Source: an uncultured Verrucomicrobiota bacterium (GTDB lineage: Bacteria; Verrucomicrobiota; Verrucomicrobiia; Limisphaerales; UBA8199). From it: 64,000 nt of DNA. The stretch spans positions 8,940 to 72,939 of the forward strand of contig CAIQQM010000246.1 of the NCBI GenBank assembly GCA_903873945.1. The letters are read 5' to 3'. Of the stretch, positions 7,984-16,331 are shown piece after piece; position 1 is the stretch's first letter, and each line of letters begins with the position of its first letter. Under the pieces are notes generated by a model. The model was not told the origin of the DNA. It saw nothing but the letters and a program-made list of their open reading frames with translations, and ran no database searches. A program made the translations under genes and the position numbers.

Positions 7984-10900
7984 CTATCTCCATGCTTTGA
8001 TTCGATAGAATTGGTTGCTGGAGGTAAGACCACCGGTTTGTATGAACGTGTTCGTGATCGCAGTGGGCGGAAGGTTGGTGAACAAGGCGAACCAGGCGCC
8101 GCCAGGCGCGGGCAGCTCGTAGCTGGACTCGATCACCTGCGTAGCACCGATTCCCCCGATCCAGGAGATGGCCATGCCGTTGGTTTGGAGCGAGAGGCCC
8201 ACGAGCGCAAGGAACGAGGCGCTGTTCGTGGGATTCGTATCCGCGAGGTATTCCTGCAAATTGCTCATGCCGTCACCATCCGGATCGCAGGCGGCGCAAG
8301 ATTGGCTGTTGGTTGTCGAACCGGTGCCACCGAAGAACTGCGCGCGCCACCAATCAGGGATGCCGTCGCCGACCGTGTCGACCGAGGTGGCGATGATAAG
8401 ACTGGTCTGGGTATTGGTGCTCAGGCCAAGCGGCCCGCTGACGATCAACTGCACGGTGTTGGTGCCGGGAAAGCTGTAGGTGTGGAGCACATTGGTGACG
8501 GTGGTGTTGGTGGTGAACCCATCGCCAAAGCTCCAGAAGCGGTTGGTGATGAACCCGGTCGAGGCGTCGGTGAAGGTGACCAGCAGCGGCGCGCCGCCAC
8601 TGGCCGGCATGGCGGTGAAGTTGGCGACGGGCGGAGTCGGAGTGAATCTGGCGGTGACATTGATGCTGGCGATGACGTTCGTGTCGGTGCGCGGGTTGTC
8701 AGTGCTGCTGTCGCTCCAGTTGACGAAGGCATAACCGGTATCCGGCACAGCGGTCACGGCTGTGCCACTGCCGCCGTAGTTGATCGTTTGCGGACTGGTG
8801 CCGCTGATCGTCCCGTTGGTTCGGGCAGTATAGGTCAACGTGTACATGTTGATCGCGAAGTTCGCTGTCACGGTGATGTTGTTGGTGACATTGACATCCG
8901 TGCGTGGATTAGCCGTGCCGCCGTCGCTCCACATGACGAAGTGGTAGCCGGTATTGGGCACAGCCGTTACGCTTGCGCCACTGCCACCGGCAACGACGGT
9001 TTGCAGAGTTGTCCCGCTGATTGTGCCGTCAAGTCCGGCAGCGTAGGTCAACGTGTAGGTCTGAATAACATTGATACAATTCAGGTGGGTATTTGTGCTG
9101 ACGCCACTTGGGCCCGTGGCAACCAAGGTTACGGCGTTGGTGCCGGCCACGGCGTAAGTGTGGATGAGGCTGGTGACCGTGGTGTTGGTGGTAGTGCCGT
9201 CACCAAAATCCCAGAAGCGATTCGTAATCGAGCCGGTAGAAGAGTCGGTGAAGGTTACGGTCAATGGTGCGGCACCGCTGGTTGGCGTGGCAGTGAAGTT
9301 GGCTGCGGGGACATTTGTGGCATCGAGGACGAGGTAAGAGAACCCACTCGCATTGGTCGTCAAGCCGTAGGAGTCCCAGGCCGTGAGATAATAGAAAACC
9401 GTGGTGCCGGCGGGCTGCGCCAGAATCTGCCCGGTATAAACACTGCTGCTCCCCAAGCTCATGCTGATATTCGAGGAAGTGCTGCCGCCGCTTACCACGC
9501 TCACGGTAATTTGATCGAGGAATATCCGGTTGCTCGTGCTCGCAATCCCTTCGCTGAACTGAAACCGCAAGAACAGATTGCTGACCAAGTCGCTCGATTG
9601 GAGACTGTAGCTGTAGAGTTGCCAGTTCTGATTGCTGGTGGTCTGTCCCGACAGGCGCGTGGTAAAACCGCTGCCGGAGTTGAGTTGCATGGCCCAGCCG
9701 ACATTGCTGCTCACAAGACTGGTCTGAAGATAGAACGTCACCGTGCCGCTGTTGCCTCGCGCATCAATCCCATTCGTGGTCGTGATCATGCTGTCGGAGA
9801 GATTGGTCGTGCCTTTGCCGAATTGCAGCGCGCAAGGATTGCCCGTGCCGTAGTTGTAAGTGGTCTGTTGCTGGAAGGGATTGCTGCCGCTGTAGGTGAC
9901 GGTCCACGCGTTGTCGCAGCCGGTTCCCGTCCACGGCTTTACGGCATTGGTCGCCATCGTTTCGGTGAACACAGTGTTTGTCACGGCGCTGCCGGTGCCG
10001 ATGCTGTAGGTGAGGACGACCGACGCGACCGCCAGATCATCCGTGACCACCGCCGAGATGGTGACCGGAGCGGCGCTGGTGGGGGTGGCCGGCAACTGGG
10101 TGACATTGGCGATAACTGGCGGCAGGTTCGTTGGGCCTGCCTGCACCGTGTAGGCGCGCAGCGTATCCGTGGCGGTATTGCCGAAATCGTCCTGGGCGGA
10201 GACGTAATAGCTCACGTTCGTGCCCGCCGGGAAGGCGGGAATTTGCGCGCCGTAAATGCCGTCGCCCGCCGCGCCGTCCTGATGCAATCCGTCATCCAGC
10301 ATGACAACGGTGTTCGTGGTGTTCCCGGCAATATAAGTCAACGTAGCCGAGGTGACGACGCGGCTGTTCGTGATGATTGAAGTAACCCAAACGCTGTTGG
10401 TGGCCGCAGGCGCTGACGGAGTGATCGTTGTGCCGGTGATGGTCGGCGCGGAAATATACGATGGCGTGTTGCTGGTGATCGTGCTCTGTGCGAGGAGAGT
10501 CCGGCCGGCCAGCGCGGGATGATTGGTGGCATACCGATACGCGCGGAAAACGTAGTTATACGTCGGCCAGTTATCACGCTTGTAAGTAATGATGCCATTG
10601 GCCGTGACCGGGTTGATGTATTCCCACACGACGGTGCCACCATTGGTGCCACTGCTGGTTACTTCGAAGATGTGGCCTTCCGTTGAGTCGCAAATGAGCG
10701 TATTGCCATTGGGCAACCGCTGGATGCCGGAGTCGAGGTGGCTGAACATGCCCTGATTGGCCATCGAGTAATACATCCAGGTGATTTGGCGCGACATGTT
10801 CTTCTTCTGCTTGTCCGTGTCGTGGCCGGGCGGCGACCAGATATAGTAACCGGCGCTCGGCGGATTCACATAAGCCCCCGTGTCGTTCGTGCTCGCGTTC

Positions 10901-11952
10901 AGGTAGCCGTTGATCTCGAAGATGTAAGACTGCGGTGTGGTCTCGAACAGGTCGCCGCCGTTGTTGTACACCAGAAAATGGCCCGCGCCTGGCACCCCGG
11001 CTGGAATCCATTGCGCGTCGCTTGAGGCGCCAATCTGCTTGTTGCCCGTGGTGGAGACGGTCCAATTCGCGGTGATTGAAGGCGGACTGCCCTGGCTGTA
11101 GCGCGCGGGATCGCCAAAGCGATAAAGGAAGTCGCCGTTGGCGCTGGCGGCCAGGGCGATGCTGGCGGCTGGGTTGCCGGCGAGGAAGGTGTTGCCGTGG
11201 TCTATTACGTAGAACTCGCCGCCCGCAGCAGTGATGACGATCTGGTCGAGGTTGGTGTTGTAGTCAATCGCGTTGCAGTGCAGCCAGTCGTTGGTCAACG
11301 GCCGGCCGGGCAGGTTCAAATTGATTCGGCCGGGGTAGTTCGAGATGGTTTTGCTGGAGCCGACGTAGTTGGATTGGGCCGCGCTATAGTCCTGAATACC
11401 GTGGTCGAAGAAACACCATTCCCAGACCACAGTGCCGGTGGTGTCCACTTCCACGATCGCATCCACGGTGACGTTGGTGTACGGGGCATTGGCGGGATTA
11501 CAGCCTGCGGCGACGCAGGCGTTCGACGTAACCGACTTAGCGGCGATGTAGAGCGTCGTGTTCGTGCCGAGCTTCGGGTTGTAGATCCTCAGGAAATCAT
11601 GGTGCGGTGCGTAGTTGGTGCGCGTTTCCGTGTATTGCCAGACCGTGTTCCCGCTCCAGTCCACTTCCGTAAGTCCGGTGAAGCCGTTAGCGTCTCCACC
11701 GGTGGCGTCGAGGACATTCCCGTTCGTGAGCAGGTGCGGATTCGTGCCGACCGGCCACGTGTGCGCCACACGCCCCTCCATATCAATCAGGTAGGTGTTG
11801 CTCCGCACGCCAAAGAAAGTATAGCCGTTGTAAGTGTTCGTCTTGTTCCAGAAGAGGACCTCGGTCGGCCCTTGCAGCCGCTCGTAGGCCTGGAGGGGGA
11901 TTGACAAGAACAGCCCGGTTACGGCGATGAAAATACAGGGGAGATGTTTCAT
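7984..11952 (-). CDS. 1322-aa secreted ASST-like propeller + Ig-like module + unknown 165-aa module + 2 PKD + 2 InlB-B-type repeats + linker + FYR-type tail
   Basis: Signal [22 protein letters not shown]. ASST-like strings: [115 protein letters not shown]. PKD strings [22 protein letters not shown] and [22 protein letters not shown]. Listeria/Bacteroides-type repeats YTLTY..[15 protein letters not shown] and [10 protein letters not shown]. Tail [10 protein letters not shown]. Confidence 0.8.
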   Translation of the reverse strand: [1322 protein letters not shown]

Positions 11953-11988
11953 AATGTGGCTCGTTGGTTGCGCGTGCGCGGGGGCAGG

Positions 11989-13497
11989 TTACGGTGAATG
12001 ATACGACGGCGTCCGGCCCGTGATGGTACTCCCTGAGGTCAAGGTGTGGCCGGTCAGAGCCGGATCGTTTGTGCCGATGCGGAAAGCCCGGAAAATGGAG
12101 TTGTACATCGGCCAGTTGTCATACTTGAGTTTTACGATGCCATCCGAGGCCACCGGGTTGATGTATTCCCACACCGCGTCGCCGGCGGGCGAGACTTCAA
12201 TGACGTGTCCCTCCGTATCGGAGCAGATGAAAGTGTTCCCATTCGGCAGCCGCTGAACACTGCCGCCGATGTGGCTGGTCATGCCGTGGCTGGCTTTGGG
12301 CTGGTAGCTCCAGACGATTTGTTTCGACATCGCCTTGGGATTCAGGCCGGTGTTGGCCACGGGCGGCTGCCAGGTGTTATACCCGGCGTCCGGGGGATTC
12401 ACGTAGGCCGCCGTGTCATTCGTCAGCGCATTCAGATAGGGGTCGATTTCAAACGCGTAAGAGTCCTGGGTATGCTCGAATAAATTCTGGGCGTTGTTGA
12501 AGATGAGAAAGTGGCCGGCACCCGAAAGCCCCGCCGGAATCCAGCTTATGTGATGCGCGCCGCCGATCTGCTTGTTGCCAGTGGTGGATTCCGTCCAGTT
12601 GGTGAGGATCGAGGGCGGGCTGCCCTGGTTGTAGCGGGCCGGATCGCCGAACCGATAGAGGAAATCCCCGGCGGCGCTGGCCGCCAGCGCGATGCTGTTG
12701 GAGAGGTTGCCAGCGATGAAGGTGTTGCCGTGGTCGATGATGTAGAATTCGCCCCGCACCGAGTTGACGGCGATTTGGTCCAGCGCCTGGTTGTAATCAA
12801 TCCCGTTGCAGTGCAGCCAGTCACTCTGCACCGGCATGCCGGTGATGTTGGCATTGAGCCGGCCGGGATAGTTGGAGATGCTCATGCCCGTGCCGACGTA
12901 GTTGGTCTTGGTCGCGTCGTAGTCCTGAATCAAGTGATTATAAAACCACCACTCCCAGACGACGTTGCCGGACATGTCCACCTCCACCAGCGCGTCCATC
13001 TGGGCAGTGTTATAATTCTGCCCGTTGGCGGGATTGCACCCGGCGGCGATGCACTGGTTGGAACTGACCGATTTGTTGGCGATGTAGAGTGTCGTGTAGG
13101 CGTTCAGCTTCGGGTTGAACATGCGCAGGAAGTCATGGTGCGGCGCGTAGTTGGTGCGCGTCTCGAGGTAGGACCAGACGTTTGACCCGTTCCAGTCCAC
13201 CTCCACGAAGCCGGGGAATCCACTGGGGTCGTTGTTGGAGGCATCGAGCACGTTGCCATTGGTAAGCAGATGCGGATTCGTCCCGACCGGCCAGGTATGT
13301 GCCACGTGACCCTCCATATCGATCAGGTACGTCGTGCCACGCACGCCAAACCAAGTGTAGCCGCTGTAGGTGTTCGTTTTATCCCAATACAGCAACTCGG
13401 TCGGCCCTTGCAGTGCTTCGTAGGCGTGAAGGGAAGTGGCCGTCAAAAAGGCCAGCAGCCCAAGCCGGAAACCGGTCAACAGCGCTTTTGTCATCAT
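11989..13497 (-). CDS. 502-aa secreted ASST-like beta-propeller protein (single domain)
   Basis: Signal [25 protein letters not shown]. The N-terminal ~110 aa are near-collinear with the 1322-aa paralog ([61 protein letters not shown]). Also [70 protein letters not shown]. Confidence 0.8.
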   Translation of the reverse strand: [502 protein letters not shown]

Positions 13498-13519
13498 AAA
13501 AGGTATCTCCAGAAGAAAA

Positions 13520-13966
13520 TTAGCTTTCCCAGAATTGAATCCGTCGCCGGGGCCATCCTTCCGCCCTGTCGCATTGATTGATCAGCCCACGAACCATCGC
13601 GAGCAGCTCCTTGACCGGAAACGGCTTGGGCAGAAAGGCATCCACACCAGCGCTGAGAGCGTCGGTGGCTTGTACCTCACTGCCTGAGATGAGCAGAATC
13701 TGAACCCGCGAAAAGCCCGCCCGGACATGGCGCGCGAGTTGGATGCCATCGAGACCAGGCATATCGAAGTCGGTTACCAACAACTCGAACGATTCCGGGG
13801 CGGCGCTAAATACTTTCAGAGCCTGGCATGGGTTATCGCAAGCTACGACTTCACTGCCCGGAATGCCGCGCAGAATCTGGGCGATGAATTCCAGCACAGC
13901 CGGGTCATCATCAACGACCAACCACCGGCAAGAATGAGGTGGGTCGCTCATTTTCTCGGTTGTCAT
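13520..13966 (-). CDS. stand-alone response-regulator receiver (CheY-like) protein
   Basis: WLVVDDDPAVLEFIAQIL..., LLVTDFDMPGLDGIQLARHVR (phospho-acceptor Asp context), ILLISGS, LPKPFPVKELLAMV. No output domain. The track start at 14002 is GTG. The ATG at 13966 is preceded by GGAGG about 8 nt upstream. Confidence 0.8.
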   Translation of the reverse strand: MTTEKMSDPPHSCRWLVVDDDPAVLEFIAQILRGIPGSEVVACDNPCQALKVFSAAPESFELLVTDFDMPGLDGIQLARHVRAGFSRVQILLISGSEVQATDALSAGVDAFLPKPFPVKELLAMVRGLINQCDRAEGWPRRRIQFWES

Positions 13967-14020
13967 AATGGGAGCCTCCACAGAAATTAAGGCCTTTCGC
14001 ACAGGTTCTGTTACAGACCT

Positions 14021-16183
14021 TCACTGTTGAGTACTCGAGATGTCCCTCGACGCCACTGCTGCCGCCTCTCCTCGGGCATAGATTACCTGCAACTCGGAAC
14101 TGGCGAGGACTTTGTCTTTCATGGCGGCCAGCAGCACATCACGCGTCACTTCCGCAGGGGCAACCGCGGGTTGAAGCGGCGCCGAGAGAGCGTAGAGGGT
14201 CAGGACGTAGGTCTTGTCGCCAGGGCCTTTGGAATGAGGTGGAGCATAGCCCGTTCTGCCATTGACGCTGTTATTTCCCAAGGTGCCGATCCCTTGAACA
14301 TTCTTGGGCAGGGCGCCTACATCGGCCGGGATATTATAGAGAGTCCAGTACCACTTGGTTTTCCCTTCGGGGTCGATGTGGTGCATGATGAGGGCGTAAC
14401 ACTTCGTCCCCGCCGGCGGCGCACTCCATTCCAGCGGGGGAGTTGCGGCGGCACCGTCCCCGGTGAACTCCTGCGGCAGCCGTCCGCCGCTGGTGAAGGC
14501 GGGGCTCCGCAGAGTGAAGGCGGCGCCGGAAGCTGAGAGGGCAGCGGCCGAAGACTGGGTGGACGCAGGCTGCGCGGACGCGCCGAACAGAAAGTCCGTG
14601 TTCCGGATGTCGGGCATCGCGATGGGCTGCGAGTAGAGGTAAGCGCCCTTGCAGGTGTATTTGCTGTCCAAGTTGCGCAGCTTCAACAGCGCGCTCTTCT
14701 GGTCGGCGGCGAGGGTCTTGCTGACCGCCGTGAAGCGCATTGCATACCAGTAGGAAATCTCGCCGTCCAATTCGCCGTAGCGCTTCGCCAGAGCCAGAAC
14801 CTTGTCCTTGTCCACGGACTCCTCCTTCATGAACCGCCGGAGTTCAACGGAAATGGCACGCCTGACGGTGACGACTTCCTGCAGGTCCTTGCGCTGGAGG
14901 TCCACCAGGCCCGTGACCAGCCCGCGCTGCGATTCCGTCAATGCCGCCAGGAAGCCTTCCCCGCTGTCGCCGGTGAGCGACGTGCTGATCGAGAAGTTAG
15001 CGTTGCCCATGGCGGGGATATCCTTCATGTAAAAGGAGCCGAAGTAGGTCGCGTGGCGTTCCGGACAAAAGTACACATCCGCATCCACCGAACCCGCATA
15101 CCAACTGAACATCTCGCTGGCGTAGGTCATGACGGCCACATGCAGGGCGGGAGAGAGACTCCGTTTGTCCACCTGATCGGCCAGTTCCGGCCAGGTGGAG
15201 GAGTTGTTGAAGACCATCTTGCGCAGATAGGCCTTCTGTTGGTCAGTCAGCGCACGGACGATGCCGCCCAGAACCTTGGCCCGCTGGCAACTCAGGAGCC
15301 CATCCACCTCGAAGATCCCTGCCGTGTATTTCATCACCGCCACGCGGTCCAGGGCCGTGGTCCCGGCAGGGATATCGCCGGCCAATTGTCGGCAGAAGGC
15401 CTTGATCAACGGAAATCGCTTATTAGCCAGATCCGCCAGCAGCTTCTCCTGCTCCCTGGCCAAGGCGACCAGTTGCGCCTTCTGGTCAGCGCTCAGGACA
15501 TAGAGAATGTTGTTGGCCGCTCGCGGCACAAACGACGTGTTGTGGCCCAGTTGGTTGGCGTCCACGTCGCGCATGTACTGGAAGCCGAAGAAGTCGGCGG
15601 CTTTCCCCGGCGGCAGGAAGGTGCAACTGCCCAGGTCGCCGGTGAGAAAGGCCAGTCCGTCAAAGGCGATCGTGTTTAGTTGCGCCCGATCCGAGATAGC
15701 CTGTTCAATCGAGTATTGGCCCTGTCCACGGGATTCTTGCCCCCGAGCCTCAGGGCGATTCCCTCCGCCTGGCGCCCGATCACCCCCGCGAACTGGTGGC
15801 TGCTGGCCACTCCCGGTGGCCTGCCCCGGCGGCGGCGCCAGATCGCGCAGCTTGTCAGGGTCGAACCCGGCCGCCTTGACCGTGTCGTTGAGTGCCGGCC
15901 CCCCGCGGAGTCCTGCCTGGCGGAAAGCTTCATGGATGGCTTTGGCCTGGTCGGCGGTGAGCGTGTTGGCGTCGTACTTGGACAGGATGGCTTTCACCTG
16001 GTCCTTCTGAGCATCCGTGAGGGTCTGCGTTTCCACCGGTGGCCCCCCGTTGCGCTCGTTGCCAAAGCCGCCTTCGCGCGCGGGAGGACGCTGTCCGTCG
16101 GGCGGTGGGTTTCCGTCTTGTGCTGTGAGGATGCAGGTCGAAGCGCCGAGTGCCAGAGTGAGAAGAATGACTTTCGTTTTCAT
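14021..16183 (-). CDS. secreted fusion protein: P/G-rich region + helical region with six LTxxQ-like motifs + C-terminal PEBP (YbhB/YbcL) domain
   Basis: The track start at 16228 is TTG. The ATG at 16183 gives the signal peptide MKTKVILLTLALGASTCILTAQ. PEBP strings at the C-terminus: FTLRSPAFTSGGRLPQEFTGDG, PPLEWSAPPAGTKCYALIMHHIDP, GYAPPHSKGPGDKTYVLTLYAL. Motifs LTDAQ, LTADQ, LSADQ, LTDQQ, LTESQ, LAADQ lie upstream. Confidence 0.7.
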   Translation of the reverse strand: MKTKVILLTLALGASTCILTAQDGNPPPDGQRPPAREGGFGNERNGGPPVETQTLTDAQKDQVKAILSKYDANTLTADQAKAIHEAFRQAGLRGGPALNDTVKAAGFDPDKLRDLAPPPGQATGSGQQPPVRGGDRAPGGGNRPEARGQESRGQGQYSIEQAISDRAQLNTIAFDGLAFLTGDLGSCTFLPPGKAADFFGFQYMRDVDANQLGHNTSFVPRAANNILYVLSADQKAQLVALAREQEKLLADLANKRFPLIKAFCRQLAGDIPAGTTALDRVAVMKYTAGIFEVDGLLSCQRAKVLGGIVRALTDQQKAYLRKMVFNNSSTWPELADQVDKRSLSPALHVAVMTYASEMFSWYAGSVDADVYFCPERHATYFGSFYMKDIPAMGNANFSISTSLTGDSGEGFLAALTESQRGLVTGLVDLQRKDLQEVVTVRRAISVELRRFMKEESVDKDKVLALAKRYGELDGEISYWYAMRFTAVSKTLAADQKSALLKLRNLDSKYTCKGAYLYSQPIAMPDIRNTDFLFGASAQPASTQSSAAALSASGAAFTLRSPAFTSGGRLPQEFTGDGAAATPPLEWSAPPAGTKCYALIMHHIDPEGKTKWYWTLYNIPADVGALPKNVQGIGTLGNNSVNGRTGYAPPHSKGPGDKTYVLTLYALSAPLQPAVAPAEVTRDVLLAAMKDKVLASSELQVIYARGEAAAVASRDISSTQQ

Positions 16184-16256
16184 ATCTGCTTTACGTTGAC
16201 TAAGTTTATTGCTGTTTATCGCTGCCAAAATGGGACCATATTTTCATGTCCAAGGG

Positions 16257-16286
16257 GTTAAACGGAAAGGGACAGCAGCCTCCGAC
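16257..16286 (-). promoter_or_regulatory. candidate ECF-type promoter (site B) upstream of the PEBP-fusion/receiver/ASST gene string
   Basis: Minus-strand reading: CCTGTCGGA-GGCTGCTGTCCCTTTC-CGTTTAACCCCTTGGACATG. GTCGGA (16286-16281), 16-nt spacer, CGTTTAAC (16264-16257). Confidence 0.6.
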
Positions 16287-16331
16287 AGGAAAAGTTGTAT
16301 TTCTTCAACCGGCGCGATCATGACACCTGGG

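Noticed and set aside
7918-10380. Very long plus-strand ORFs opposite the giant minus-strand genes (7918-10380 at 820 aa, 2394-3713, 34139-35875, 51220-52398, 53203-54180 and many shorter ones).
   Set aside because: Their translations are Arg/Gly/Ala/Val-rich with no recognisable motifs, while the opposite strand encodes proteins with clear family signatures. They are shadow ORFs typical of high-GC DNA.
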